From NCBI GenBank assembly GCA_016235455.1, contig JACRKZ010000073.1:1-64000 (forward strand): DNA of 64,000 nt. Direction: 5' to 3'. The position numbers were made by a program, and so were the translations under genes. Shown here one piece after another: positions 27,447-37,695 of this stretch. This stretch comes from Armatimonadota bacterium (GTDB lineage Bacteria > Armatimonadota > UBA10988). Every line of letters starts with the position of its first letter. Within the stretch, counting starts at the first letter, position 1. Below the pieces are notes generated by a model. It made no database searches. It was not told the origin of the DNA and saw only the letters and a list, made by a program, of their open reading frames with translations.

Positions 27447-28344
27447 TCCCCAGCTGAGCCTGGTCGGCCAATGGCTGGCCGGGTTGTTAATGGTCGCGCT
27501 TCTGGCGGTCGATGCCGTGCCGGTGCTGCACGGTGCGCCGATGGTGCTCATCGGCCTCATGGGCGTGGTGCAGATGGGTCGCGAGATCGGCGCCGCGCTG
27601 GCGCGCCGCAGCGTGCATCCGTCCACGCCGATGATGAACTTCTGGGGGTCCATCGTCTTCCTGCACACGCTCTACTTTGCGCGCAGCGCGCAGTGGTCGA
27701 CCGCCATCGAGGTCATCAACACCGTGCTCATCGCGTTGTTCCTGCTGGTGCTGGCCGCCGCGGTGACCACCGAGGCCAAGTTCCACGGCTGGGTGCAAGG
27801 CGTGCGCGACCTGAGCTTGGCGCTCGGGCTGCCCGGTTTCTTCGGCCTGGCCGTCGGCGCCGGCGCCGCCATTCAGGCGGGCCACGAGCACCGCGCCACG
27901 GCCGCCGGCTCCGCCTTGATCGCCGTGGTCGTCGCAGCCGCCTGGCTGGCCAACGGCGCGGCGGCCGTGGCCGACCGCATGGGTGTGGGTGAGGCCGAGC
28001 GGCCAGCCCGCCTGCCCGCGACCATGCTGGGCCTGGTGGCGCGCGTAGTGACCATGGCCGTGGCCATGGGCATCGGCTGTGTGGCGACCAAGTCGCTGGC
28101 CCCGGCCACGGCGCTGGCGGCCGGCGCGGCGGGCGGTGTCGGCGGCTGGCTCGGCCACCGCCTGGTGGACTGGGCCGCGCGCTGGTGCGAGGTGGATCGC
28201 TTCCACGGCCGGCTGCCGTCCCATGTGGCTACGGTCCAGGGCCTCTACGACCGAGTTTTCGACGGCGGCTTGCTGGACTACGCCGGCAGCCTGCTGCTGG
28301 CGCTGCCCGCGGTCCTCGCGGTGCTGCTGCTGATGGGTGGGTAG
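27424..28344 (+). CDS. integral membrane protein at the cdsA position; highly diverged CdsA-like
   Basis: About 9 hydrophobic segments. Syntenic between uppS and dxr. C-terminal DGGLLDYAGSLL resembles CdsA HGGxLDRxDS, but no SPxKTxEG motif is present. Confidence 0.6.
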   Translation: MAMDKRVDPQLSLVGQWLAGLLMVALLAVDAVPVLHGAPMVLIGLMGVVQMGREIGAALARRSVHPSTPMMNFWGSIVFLHTLYFARSAQWSTAIEVINTVLIALFLLVLAAAVTTEAKFHGWVQGVRDLSLALGLPGFFGLAVGAGAAIQAGHEHRATAAGSALIAVVVAAAWLANGAAAVADRMGVGEAERPARLPATMLGLVARVVTMAVAMGIGCVATKSLAPATALAAGAAGGVGGWLGHRLVDWAARWCEVDRFHGRLPSHVATVQGLYDRVFDGGLLDYAGSLLLALPAVLAVLLLMGG

Positions 28345-28350
28345 ACAGAG

Positions 28351-29499
28351 ATGACGCGCATCGCGCTGCTGGGTTCGACCGGCTCCATCGGCACACAGAC
28401 GCTGGAGGTCGTGGAGCAACTGGGTGACGGCTACGACGTCGTGGCCCTGGCCGCTGGGCGGCAGGTATCGCTCCTGGCCGAGCAGGTGCGCCGTTGGCGC
28501 CCCAAGCTCGTGTCGGTGGCTGACGCCGCCGCGCGCGAGGAGTTGCGCGGCCTCATCGGCGACTCGACTCGCATCGTCTGCGGCGAAGAGGGTTTGGTTG
28601 AGGTCGCCACTTGGGAAAATGCCAATCTGGTGGTGGCGGCGGTGACCGGCGCGCTGGGGCTACGGCCGATCGTCGCGGCGTTGCAGGCCGGCAAGCGCGT
28701 GGCGCCGGCCAACAAGGAACCGCTGGTCATTGCGGGGTCCATCCTCATGCGCCTGACGCGTGAACAGGGCCTGCCGCTGGTGCCCATCGACTCCGAGCAC
28801 AGCGCCATCTACCAGTGCCTGCGCGGCGAGGATCCGGCCACCATCGAGCGGCTGGTGCTGACCGCCTCGGGCGGACCGTTCCGGGGCTGCGCGCTGGCCG
28901 ACCTGGCGGGCGTGACACCCGAGCAGGCGCTCAACCATCCGACCTGGAAGATGGGGCCGAAGATCACCATCGACAGCGCCACGCTCTTCAACAAGGGCCT
29001 GGAGGTGATCGAAGCGCAATGGTTGTTCGGGTTGCCAGTGGACAAGGTGGACGTGATTGTGCATCCTCAGAGCATCGTGCACTCGATGGTCGAGTTCCAG
29101 GACGGCAGCGTGCTGGCGCAGATGGATGACCCCAACATGCGCACGCCGATCCAGTTCGCGCTGACCTACCCGCACAGGGTGACCAGCCCGCGGTCGCGGC
29201 TCAACCTCGCGGCGCGCAAGCCGCTGAGCTTTGAGCAGCCCGACCTGGACGTGTTCCGCTGTCTGGCCCTGGCCTACGACGCCGCGCGCGCCGGAGGGCT
29301 GGTGCCGTGCGCCATGAACGCCGCCGACGAGGTGGCTGTGGAGCGGTTCCTGCAGGGACGCATCGGCTTCCTGGACATCCCGCGCGTCATCGAGCGGGTC
29401 ATGGAGCGCTGCGACCATGTGGCCGAGCCCGATCTGGACGCGTTGTTCGCGGCCGACGCCCAGGCCCGCCGTTGGGCTGACGAGGAGTGTGGATGCTGA
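28351..29499 (+). CDS. dxr: 1-deoxy-D-xylulose-5-phosphate reductoisomerase
   Basis: LGSTGSIG, ANKE, PIDSEHSA, LTASGGPF, HPTWKMGPKITIDSATLFNKGLE, HPQSIVHS. Confidence 0.98.
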   Translation: MTRIALLGSTGSIGTQTLEVVEQLGDGYDVVALAAGRQVSLLAEQVRRWRPKLVSVADAAAREELRGLIGDSTRIVCGEEGLVEVATWENANLVVAAVTGALGLRPIVAALQAGKRVAPANKEPLVIAGSILMRLTREQGLPLVPIDSEHSAIYQCLRGEDPATIERLVLTASGGPFRGCALADLAGVTPEQALNHPTWKMGPKITIDSATLFNKGLEVIEAQWLFGLPVDKVDVIVHPQSIVHSMVEFQDGSVLAQMDDPNMRTPIQFALTYPHRVTSPRSRLNLAARKPLSFEQPDLDVFRCLALAYDAARAGGLVPCAMNAADEVAVERFLQGRIGFLDIPRVIERVMERCDHVAEPDLDALFAADAQARRWADEECGC

Positions 29500-30935
29500 C
29501 CGTCATGGGCACATCTTTGTGGCACAACCTGTCGACGTGGGTGCAGATTCTGCTGGCGCTTGGCGGGATCATCCTCGTCCATGAGATCGGCCACTTCATG
29601 TTCGCCAAGTGGACCGGCATCCACGTGGACGAGTTCGCCGTGGGGCTCGGCCCCACTGTGGCCAAATGGGAGCGCAACGGCACGCTGTACCGCGTGGCGC
29701 CGCTGCTGTTCATGGGTTACGTGCGCATCCGCGGCCTCGAGGGCGAAGAGAACGCCGAAGTGCTGCCCGGCGGGTTCTACAGCCGGCCGCACTACCAGCG
29801 TATCCTGGTGATGATCGGTGGCGCGCTGGTCAACTTGGTCACCGCGGCGCTGCTGTTCGGTCTGGTCTACACCGCCTGGGGCGTGCTCGACGAGAATGTC
29901 GATACCACGCTGGCCACGGTGCAGCCGGGCTCGGCCGCCGAGGCCGCCGGCCTCGTCGCTGACTGCCGCATCATCGCGCTCGACGGCCAGACGCTGGCCA
30001 AACCCGAGGCCATTGAGAAGGCGGTCAAGGCGTCCGGTGGACGCGAGATGACCTTCCGCGTGGTCTACCCCGACGGCACGCAGCGCGACCAGACGATCAC
30101 GCCGCGGCGCGACGACGGCACCGGTCGTTACCTGATCGGTGTGGTGTTCCGCACCGACTTCGGGTTCGAGCGCAAGATCGGGCGGGTTACCCCGGGCGGC
30201 CCGGCGGCTGCGGCCGGCCTGCGGCGCGGTGACGAGATCCTGACCCTGGGTGGCCGGCGCGTGACGCACCCGACGCAGATCGTCGAGGCGCTGACCACGG
30301 TGCCCACGGCGCTTGAGAAGGCCGACGCGCGCAGCACCAAGCTGCCGCCGGTGGGCCTCACCGTCGAGCGCGGTGGCGAAGTGATCGAGATGCAGGTCAC
30401 CCCCAAGGCGAAGAAGTCCGAGCGCATCAAGCCCACCGCGCCCGGCGAGAAGGCGGCGCCCGCCGCCGAACGCCCACTGGAATCGTATCTGGTGGCGGAT
30501 CCCGGTTTCCAGCTGCAGCGGCGCATGAAGCGCCTGGGCCTGGCCACGGCGCTGTGGACCGGCATCACGCGCACCGAGCAGATCGTCGTCGACGTCACGC
30601 AAAACGTCATCCAGCTCTTCCGCGGCGTGGGGCTCAAGCAGGTCGGCGGCCCGGTGATGATCGTCAAGTCGCTGTCCGATGCGGCGTCCGTGGGTCTCTA
30701 TGACCTGCTCACCTGGGCGGCCAGCCTGTCGATCATGATCGGCGTGTTCAACCTGTTGCCGCTGCCCGCACTCGACGGTGGTCGGGTCGTGTTCATCCTC
30801 ATCGACTGGGTGGCGTCGGCGTTGCCGTCGCGCCGGCAGGTCGACCGGCGGCTGGAGGGCACGATCCACGCGGTCGGCCTGATGTTGCTGCTGGCGTTGA
30901 TGGTCGTCATCACGTTCCGAGATCTGACGCGCTAG
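29493..30935 (+). CDS. rseP: RIP metalloprotease RseP (M50) with two PDZ domains
   Basis: HEIGH, GYVRI, two PDZ-like SAA/PAA..AGL repeats, FNLLPLPALDGG; conserved synteny after dxr. Confidence 0.93.
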   Translation: MLTVMGTSLWHNLSTWVQILLALGGIILVHEIGHFMFAKWTGIHVDEFAVGLGPTVAKWERNGTLYRVAPLLFMGYVRIRGLEGEENAEVLPGGFYSRPHYQRILVMIGGALVNLVTAALLFGLVYTAWGVLDENVDTTLATVQPGSAAEAAGLVADCRIIALDGQTLAKPEAIEKAVKASGGREMTFRVVYPDGTQRDQTITPRRDDGTGRYLIGVVFRTDFGFERKIGRVTPGGPAAAAGLRRGDEILTLGGRRVTHPTQIVEALTTVPTALEKADARSTKLPPVGLTVERGGEVIEMQVTPKAKKSERIKPTAPGEKAAPAAERPLESYLVADPGFQLQRRMKRLGLATALWTGITRTEQIVVDVTQNVIQLFRGVGLKQVGGPVMIVKSLSDAASVGLYDLLTWAASLSIMIGVFNLLPLPALDGGRVVFILIDWVASALPSRRQVDRRLEGTIHAVGLMLLLALMVVITFRDLTR

Positions 30936-30984
30936 ACAGCGCCGTACTGTGCCTTGGTGGGCGCCGGCGCAAGGAGTGGGTGCG

Positions 30985-32010
30985 ATGGTGCGCTGGGCCG
31001 TGCTGCTGATGTTGGCGACGCTGACCGCGGTGAGCGCGGCTGAGGTGCTGTACGACAAGGACGGTCTGATCTCGGACAAGTCCAAGCGGCTGCCCAGCGG
31101 CGAATGGGCCGAGGTCGTGTCCGTCAAGGCCAAGCCGAACCAGCTCATCACCGTGACCGTCGCGGCCAAGGGCTTCACCCCGTACCTGATCATCACGCCG
31201 CCCAACGGCCAGCAGGTCGACCGCCGCGGCGAAGGTACGGACGTCAGCGTGAGTTTCCTGTGCCTGGTCGAGGGCGACGCCGCGGTCGTGGTGACCACCG
31301 CCGGTCCCACGGAGAAGGGCGCGTTCCACCTGACCATCCGCTCGGGACTGCTCGAAGGCAAGCTGGACGAAGGCTGCACGGTGCTGGAGAGCGGTGAGTA
31401 CAGCCGCGTGGTGCCGGTCTGGTTGCCGGCCGGCGAGTATGTTGTCGCGCTCGGCTCCCAGGCGTTCAACCCGTACCTGATTCTGCATGAGGGCGATCGC
31501 GAAGTGAACGTCGACGACGACCTGGGCGCCGCCAACGGCGCAGCCAGGGCGCTGGCCCAGTTGACGGAGCCGACCCTCGTGGGCGTCCAGGTGACCTCAC
31601 ACGCCAAGGGCGAGAAGGGCGCGTGGCACCTGTTCATCGCGCCCGGCATTCCCGCGCTCGACCAGCCGCGCAGCGCCAAGGGCAAGCTTGAAAAGGGCGA
31701 CTATGACGACGCCGGCCGCCTGTCCGACTCCTACTCGATGGTTCTGGCCAAAGGCGTGAAGGTGCGCTTCACGGCCAAGGCCACGGGTTTTGTACCCAAG
31801 CTGGTGGTCTACGACGGCGCCGGCAAGCGCGCTGAGGCCACGGTCGCCGGCGACACCGCCACGCTGACCCTCGAGAACTCCGCCGCGGGCACGCTGCAAC
31901 TGCTCATCCAAGGCCAGGAGCCCGGCACCGGCGGAGACTACCAATTGACCGCCGAAGCCGACACCTCCGTGGCGGCGCCACCAGCCGCTGGTGCGGGCGG
32001 CCTGCTCTAG
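30985..32010 (+). CDS. secreted protein with about three PPC-like beta-sandwich repeats
   Basis: Signal peptide MVRWAVLLMLATLTAVSA; repeated FTPYLII / FNPYLIL / FVPKLVV and GAFHL / GAWHL / GDYQL motifs. Confidence 0.65.
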   Translation: MVRWAVLLMLATLTAVSAAEVLYDKDGLISDKSKRLPSGEWAEVVSVKAKPNQLITVTVAAKGFTPYLIITPPNGQQVDRRGEGTDVSVSFLCLVEGDAAVVVTTAGPTEKGAFHLTIRSGLLEGKLDEGCTVLESGEYSRVVPVWLPAGEYVVALGSQAFNPYLILHEGDREVNVDDDLGAANGAARALAQLTEPTLVGVQVTSHAKGEKGAWHLFIAPGIPALDQPRSAKGKLEKGDYDDAGRLSDSYSMVLAKGVKVRFTAKATGFVPKLVVYDGAGKRAEATVAGDTATLTLENSAAGTLQLLIQGQEPGTGGDYQLTAEADTSVAAPPAAGAGGLL

Positions 32011-32012
32011 GC

Positions 32013-33110
32013 TCAGCGGTAGGCGGCGGCCCGGTCGGCCAGTTCGCGGGCCGCGGTCTCGTTGGGCGCCCAGGTCTGGATGTACAGGCCGCGTCCGCCG
32101 CAGGCATCCAGCAACGGCAGGACCTCGTCATAGCGCACGCCGACTGCCTGCACCGACTTGCCGGCCGCCAGGATGCGCCGGTACAGGTCCCAGTGGCGCG
32201 GATGGCCGCCGCTGTCGCCCACCGAGATCCGCCGCGGGGTCCACTCAATGGCCTGCAGCGCCTCGATCTCGAGCAGCGCCTCCACATGGCACAGGCAGTC
32301 TTCCCCATCCAGGTGGAACATGGCATAGTCCAGCCACGCACACTGCCGCGCCAACGCGGGCACCACGAAGCGCCGGAACACGGCGGGTGAGAACATGGCC
32401 GCGGCATCGCACTGTACCTTGGCCGTGCGGCCGGGCCCCCAGATGCCGAAGCAGAAGCAGTTGCCGCCCAGGCCGTCGCGCACCACCGAGGCGAAGTCGT
32501 CGAACACATCGAAATAGGCTTCGTTGATCTGGTCGAGCTGGTCGAGCACCCACTCCGGCCGGTCGAGCGTGTCCATCATCAGCCGTTCGGCGCCGCGCAT
32601 GGCCGACAGAACATCCATGTTCTCGACCAGGTCGGGCAGGCTGGTGAGCCAGCGGCCCGCGCTCTCCGCGGCCGACAGTTCGAGCATGGCGCGGTGCCGC
32701 CGGTACGGCCAACTGGTGCGGTCGATGGCGATGCGCGGGTGCTGCTCGGGTGGGTCGGCGATGCACGGGTCCGACCACACCGTCCCGGGGTGGAGATCGA
32801 GGTGGCAGCCCACGTAGCCGGTCAGGTCGCCCGCGGCGCTGTGGGTACCCAGCATGGGGAAGGCGTCGGCCCCGTGGTAGGTGCGGCTCAGGTGGTACTC
32901 GCCGTGGCGGACGCGGTGCTCGGCGCCGAACCACTGCTCGGCCAGGTCGGCCGCCGGCGGCGGCGCGGGCAGGTCGGCCCACGGCTGGTCGGCCGGGGCG
33001 GTGACCCACAGCACCAGGGCGCGCTGCTGCCACCATGCGGCATGGTTGTCACGGGCGCTGGCCCAGTCTTCCTTCCACAGCGGATCGGTCGTAGCGCCGG
33101 CAGCATTCAT
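32013..33110 (-). CDS. uroporphyrinogen-decarboxylase/cobamide methyltransferase-superfamily (UroD-like) protein
   Basis: DVLSAMRG..LMMD..DRPE, QCDAAAMFSP..FRRFVVP, FHLDG, AIEWTP; TIM-barrel family frequent in sugar-use loci. Confidence 0.65.
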   Translation of the reverse strand: MNAAGATTDPLWKEDWASARDNHAAWWQQRALVLWVTAPADQPWADLPAPPPAADLAEQWFGAEHRVRHGEYHLSRTYHGADAFPMLGTHSAAGDLTGYVGCHLDLHPGTVWSDPCIADPPEQHPRIAIDRTSWPYRRHRAMLELSAAESAGRWLTSLPDLVENMDVLSAMRGAERLMMDTLDRPEWVLDQLDQINEAYFDVFDDFASVVRDGLGGNCFCFGIWGPGRTAKVQCDAAAMFSPAVFRRFVVPALARQCAWLDYAMFHLDGEDCLCHVEALLEIEALQAIEWTPRRISVGDSGGHPRHWDLYRRILAAGKSVQAVGVRYDEVLPLLDACGGRGLYIQTWAPNETAARELADRAAAYR

Positions 33111-33131
33111 CGTTGGCCCTTCCCGCGGCGC

Positions 33132-33160
33132 ATGGTACCCAGCGGCGGCGGGCGAGTCCA
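33132..33160 (-). promoter_or_regulatory. sigma70-like promoter TGGACT-N17-TACCAT for the UroD-like gene
   Basis: Minus strand, about 20 bp upstream of ATG 33110 with AAGGG SD. Confidence 0.45.
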
Positions 33161-33258
33161 GCGCAAAGTGGGAAGGAGGGCCTCGGCGCCCGGCGAACAC
33201 AAGCAGGTCCGCGAGTCTGTGGGGCCGCGGCACTGCAAACGATGAGGAGCAGACGGCG

Positions 33259-34317
33259 ATGGCAGGTAAGAAGAGCGTCAAGGCGGAGAAGGCTGCCGAG
33301 GCGCGGGCGTACCCGGTGCTCGACCATGTGAAGGTCGGCATCATCGGCTATGGTGGCGCATTCAACATGGGCTTGACCCATGGCCGGTCGATGGAGAAGA
33401 CCGGCAAGATGAGCATCACCGCGGTGTGCGACCTGGACGAGTCGCGCGTGGCCGTGGCCAAGAACGATTTCCCCGGTATCGAGACGTATACCGACATCAA
33501 GAAGATGCTCAAGAAGGCCGACATCGACCTGGCCGTGATCATCCTGCCGCACAACGCCCACGCGCCGATCGCCATCGAGTGCGCTCAGGCTGGCAAGCAT
33601 GTCGTGGTTGAGAAGCCGATGTGCATCAGCGATGCCGAGGCGCAAGCCATGATCGCCGCCGCCGCCGAGAACAAGACCATGCTGTCGGTGTTCCACAACC
33701 GGCGCTGGGACGGCGACTTCGTCACGCTGCGCGAGATCATCTGCGAAGAGAAGCTCATCGGCGACGTGTTCCACGTCGAGATGTTCGGCGGCGGCTACGG
33801 CAAGCCAGGCACCTGGTGGCGCAGCTTCAAGGCCATCTCCGGCGGCCACTTCTTCGACTGGGGCGCGCACTACCTGGACTGGTTGCTGCAGATCCTGCCG
33901 CAAAAGATCACCGGCGTGACCGGCTTCTTCCACAAGCTCAAGTGGCACGATGTGACCAACGAGGACGACGTTGAGGCGGCCATCCGCTTCGAGGACGGCT
34001 GCGTGGCGCATGTGCACATGAGCAGCCTGGCCATGCTGGGCAAGGAGCGCTGGCGCCTGCTGGGTACCGAGGGTTCGGTGGTCTCGGCCAACGACAAGTT
34101 CATCGTGCAGAAGATGGTCGGCGAGCGTCGCGCCACCATCGAAGTGCCCTACAAGCCCAGCAACTGGGACGGCTACTATGCGAACGTGGCCGAGCATCTG
34201 ACCGCCGGCGCGGACCTGATCGTCAAGGCCTCGGAGGCCCGCCGGGTCATCGCCATCATGGACACGGCCGAGAAGTCGTCGGCCAGTGGCAAGACCGAGC
34301 CGCTGCCGACCGAGTAG
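33259..34317 (+). CDS. Gfo/Idh/MocA family oxidoreductase
   Basis: VGIIGYG, PHNAH, GKHVVVEKPM, HNRRWD, GGHFFDWGAH. Confidence 0.92.
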   Translation: MAGKKSVKAEKAAEARAYPVLDHVKVGIIGYGGAFNMGLTHGRSMEKTGKMSITAVCDLDESRVAVAKNDFPGIETYTDIKKMLKKADIDLAVIILPHNAHAPIAIECAQAGKHVVVEKPMCISDAEAQAMIAAAAENKTMLSVFHNRRWDGDFVTLREIICEEKLIGDVFHVEMFGGGYGKPGTWWRSFKAISGGHFFDWGAHYLDWLLQILPQKITGVTGFFHKLKWHDVTNEDDVEAAIRFEDGCVAHVHMSSLAMLGKERWRLLGTEGSVVSANDKFIVQKMVGERRATIEVPYKPSNWDGYYANVAEHLTAGADLIVKASEARRVIAIMDTAEKSSASGKTEPLPTE

Positions 34318-34378
34318 TCCAGGTGTGGCCGGCGGCCTGGCGTCGTCGGCCACCCCCGACCTTTGAGGGGGCTCAACC

Positions 34379-34837
34379 GTGGCACGAACAACCCAACCGC
34401 GCCGCCGCGCCGAGCAGACGGAAGACACCGATGACCTGCTCTTCAACGGGGTGATCCTGGCCGACCTGGCCATCGGTCTGTTCTGGGGCGGACTGTCAGC
34501 GGGCTACGTGGCCATGAAGCACATGGGTACCAAGGTCGCCTGGCACTCCATGGCCTGGTTTGCGTTCTGGTTGGTCGGTCTCGTGGCCGTCATGGCCGGT
34601 GATGTGTTCTTTCGGCTCATCGCCGAACGTGATCAGCCGCTCTACTACCGGCTCTTCCGCTCGCAGCGCGGCGGCGTGTTGCTGACCATGCCGGTCTGGC
34701 TGGTGAGCATCGTGGTGCTGGGTGTGGCCTTGGCCTTCTCGACGGGCGACGGCGAGCCGGGCGCCAAGGTGCACATCCAGACCAACTCGACCGCCGAGCC
34801 GACGACCGAGCCAACCGCCAAGCCCGCGGACCGTTGA
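34379..34837 (+). CDS. hypothetical membrane protein (about 3 TM)
   Basis: GTG start after GAGGGG, hydrophobic segments, genome-typical codon usage. Confidence 0.65.
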   Translation: MARTTQPRRRAEQTEDTDDLLFNGVILADLAIGLFWGGLSAGYVAMKHMGTKVAWHSMAWFAFWLVGLVAVMAGDVFFRLIAERDQPLYYRLFRSQRGGVLLTMPVWLVSIVVLGVALAFSTGDGEPGAKVHIQTNSTAEPTTEPTAKPADR

Positions 34838-34868
34838 CCGCGAGCGCTGCTTTCCTGTGAGGGACTCC

Positions 34869-36869
34869 ATGAAACCGATGAGATTGCTGCTGGGCCTCCT
34901 GGCGGCACTGAGCCTGACGCCGTGCGTCCAGGCCCAGGAGCCGGCCAAGCCTTTCGTTCATCCGCTCTTCTGTGACAACGCCGTGCTGCAGCGCGACACC
35001 GTCTTCCCCGTGTGGGGCTGGACCCAGCCCGGCGCGCAGGTCACCGTCCAGTTCGCGGGCCGGACGGCGGCCGCCAAGGCCCAGGCCGATGGCAAGTGGT
35101 GCGCGAAGCTCGGCCCGTTCTCGGCCGGCGGCCCGTTCGAGCTGGTCATCTCCGGGCCGGAGCAGGCCAAGCTCACCAACGTCATGTGTGGTGACGTCTG
35201 GATCTGCAGCGGCCAGTCCAACATGGAGATGGGCATCAACGCCATCGACTCTCCCAAGGACGTCGCGGCGGCCAACTACCCCGGCATCCGGTTGTTCATG
35301 GTCGACAACGCCATCGACACCAAGCCGCGCGCGGTGTTGCCGGGTAAGTGGAAGGTCTGCACGCCACAGAGCGCGGTCGAGGGCGGCTGGAATGGCTTCT
35401 CCGCGGTCGGCTACTTCTTCGGGCGCTACCTGCACGAGACGCTGAAGGTGCCCATCGGCCTGATCGACAGCAACTGGGGCGGTACCATCGCCGAGGCCTG
35501 GACCAGCGGCGACAGCCTGCGCAAGATGCCGGACTTTGCTGAACAGGTGCAGTTGCTTGAGAACGCCAAGAACGGCGAGGCTGACCTGGCCAAGGCCATG
35601 GACGGCTGGTGGGCCAAGAACGATCCCGGCTCGGACGCCGCCAGGAGTTGGGCTGCCGTGGATGCCGACACCAAGGCTTTCGGTACCATGGACCTGCCCA
35701 AGACCTGGGAGGACGGCGGCTGGGGTGCCTGGGATGGCATCGCCTGGTTCCGGCGCGACGTGAACCTGTCGGCTGACTGGGCCGGCAAGGAGGCCACGCT
35801 GAGCCTCGGTCCCATCGACGATCGCGACACGACCTACGTCAACGGCACCAAGGTCGGTGCGGGCAATGACTGGCAGACGCCGCGCGTCTACAAGCTGCCG
35901 GCCGGCCTGCTCAAGGCCGGACGCAACGTCATCGCGGTGCGTGTGCTCGACACCGGTGGCGGCGGCGGCATCTACGGCCAGGCCGACCAGATGAAGCTGA
36001 GCGCCGCTGGGCTGGCGGATGGCTCGCTGGCCGGGACGTGGCTGGCGCGTCGCAGCGTGTCGCTGGATAAGTGCGGTTCGCCGCCGGCGGTGGTCGGGCA
36101 GGGCAATCCCAACTACCCGACACTGCTCTACAACGCCATGATCGCGCCGCTCACGCCCTATGGCCTGCGCGGCGCCGTCTGGTACCAGGGCGAATCGAAT
36201 GTGGGCCGCGCGCGGCAGTATGCACGGCTGATGCCGGTGCTCATCGCCGACTGGCGCGGGAAGTTCGACAACCCGCGCATGGGCTTCTACACCACGCAGT
36301 TGGCTAACTTCATGGCCCGGCAGCCGCAGCCCGGCGAGTCCGGCTGGGCGGAGCTGCGTGAGGCCCAGGCCGATACCGCGGAGCATGTACGCCACTCGGG
36401 CATGGCCGTGGCCATCGACATCGGCGATGCCGGTGATATCCATCCCAAGAACAAGCAGGACGTGGGCAAGCGGCTGGCGCTGGCGGCGCTGGCACGCACC
36501 TATGGCCTCGATATCGAGTACTCCGGCCCGCAGTACCGCGCGATGACCGTCGAGGGCAACTGCGCGCGGCTGACCATGGCCCATGTGCGCGGTGGTCTGG
36601 TGGCCAAGGACGGGCCGTTGACCGGCTTCGCTATCAAGGGCGAAGACGGCCGATGGCTGTGGGCCGAAGCGGTCATCGATGGCGAGCAGGTCGTGGTCTG
36701 CTCGCCGCTGGTGGCCAAGCCGGTGGCGGTGCGCTACGCCTGGGCCGACAACCCGGCCTGCAACCTGTACAACCGTGCTGGTCTGCCCGCCGTGCCGTTC
36801 CGCACGGACACGCCCTACAGCGAGCCGCCCGTGGCGCGGCCCGCGATGAGGACCAATACGCTGAGGTAG
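34869..36869 (+). CDS. secreted sialate O-acetylesterase (SASA/SGNH) with inserted galactose-binding-like domain
   Basis: Signal peptide, GDVWICSGQSNM, FSAVGYFFG, WGGT..EAW, LYNAMIAP, WYQGESN, DIHP, VRYAW. Confidence 0.92.
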   Translation: MKPMRLLLGLLAALSLTPCVQAQEPAKPFVHPLFCDNAVLQRDTVFPVWGWTQPGAQVTVQFAGRTAAAKAQADGKWCAKLGPFSAGGPFELVISGPEQAKLTNVMCGDVWICSGQSNMEMGINAIDSPKDVAAANYPGIRLFMVDNAIDTKPRAVLPGKWKVCTPQSAVEGGWNGFSAVGYFFGRYLHETLKVPIGLIDSNWGGTIAEAWTSGDSLRKMPDFAEQVQLLENAKNGEADLAKAMDGWWAKNDPGSDAARSWAAVDADTKAFGTMDLPKTWEDGGWGAWDGIAWFRRDVNLSADWAGKEATLSLGPIDDRDTTYVNGTKVGAGNDWQTPRVYKLPAGLLKAGRNVIAVRVLDTGGGGGIYGQADQMKLSAAGLADGSLAGTWLARRSVSLDKCGSPPAVVGQGNPNYPTLLYNAMIAPLTPYGLRGAVWYQGESNVGRARQYARLMPVLIADWRGKFDNPRMGFYTTQLANFMARQPQPGESGWAELREAQADTAEHVRHSGMAVAIDIGDAGDIHPKNKQDVGKRLALAALARTYGLDIEYSGPQYRAMTVEGNCARLTMAHVRGGLVAKDGPLTGFAIKGEDGRWLWAEAVIDGEQVVVCSPLVAKPVAVRYAWADNPACNLYNRAGLPAVPFRTDTPYSEPPVARPAMRTNTLR

Positions 36870-36876
36870 GCTGGTC

Positions 36877-37686
36877 ATGCCCTACAGCATCACCACCGAC
36901 TACCACGTCGACCCGGCCGTGCCATGGGCGCTGCAACTGCGGCGCATGCGCGCGGCCGGGTTCGACCGCATCCACTGGTGCTGGGACTGGAACGCCAACG
37001 TCGTCTACGGCGAGGCGGGGTTGGCTCGCGTTCGTGACCTGCTGACCGAGGCCGACCTGGCCCTGGCCGACACGCACGGTGCCATCGCCGGCGAGGCCCG
37101 CGAGTACAGTGTCGATCCCGCGCAGCGCGCGGCGGGCTTGGCGCTGCATCGCGACCGGCTGGCCTTCACCGCCGCGCTGGGCGGTGACGTGGTGGTTCTA
37201 CATCCGCCCGAGGGCCGGGGCGAGGAGCTAGAAGCGGCCACCGAGCGCATGGTAGCTGCCTGCCTCGAGTTGGTGCCGACTGTGCGCCAGACCGGCGTGC
37301 GGCTGGCCATTGAGAACATCTGGCCGAGCGAGCGCAACCGGCTGGTCATCGCGCGCCTGCTGTCGGCGTTTGAGCCTGACATCATGGGTTTCTGCCTCGA
37401 CAGCGGCCACGCCAACGTGGCCGGCGACCTCGACTGGCTCATCGACTATGCCTTCGACCGGCTGCTGGCCGTGCATCTGCACGACAATGACGGTAGCGGC
37501 GACCAGCACCTGTTGCCGGGCGATGGCACGGTGCCGTGGGACAAGCTGACCAGCGCGCTGCGCGATGCCGGCTATGCGAAGGTGCGCAACCTGGAACTGA
37601 GCATGAGCGCGCGCTACGGCGGCGACGAAGAGGCCTTCCTAGGCGAGGCCATGGTACGGGCCGAACGCCTGGTCGGCTGCGGATAG
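36877..37686 (+). CDS. sugar phosphate isomerase/epimerase (AP-endonuclease-2 TIM barrel)
   Basis: VVLHP, LAIEN, CLDSGHAN, HLHDNDG..DQHLLPGDG, LE. Confidence 0.88.
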   Translation: MPYSITTDYHVDPAVPWALQLRRMRAAGFDRIHWCWDWNANVVYGEAGLARVRDLLTEADLALADTHGAIAGEAREYSVDPAQRAAGLALHRDRLAFTAALGGDVVVLHPPEGRGEELEAATERMVAACLELVPTVRQTGVRLAIENIWPSERNRLVIARLLSAFEPDIMGFCLDSGHANVAGDLDWLIDYAFDRLLAVHLHDNDGSGDQHLLPGDGTVPWDKLTSALRDAGYAKVRNLELSMSARYGGDEEAFLGEAMVRAERLVGCG

Positions 37687-37695
37687 GATGAGTTC

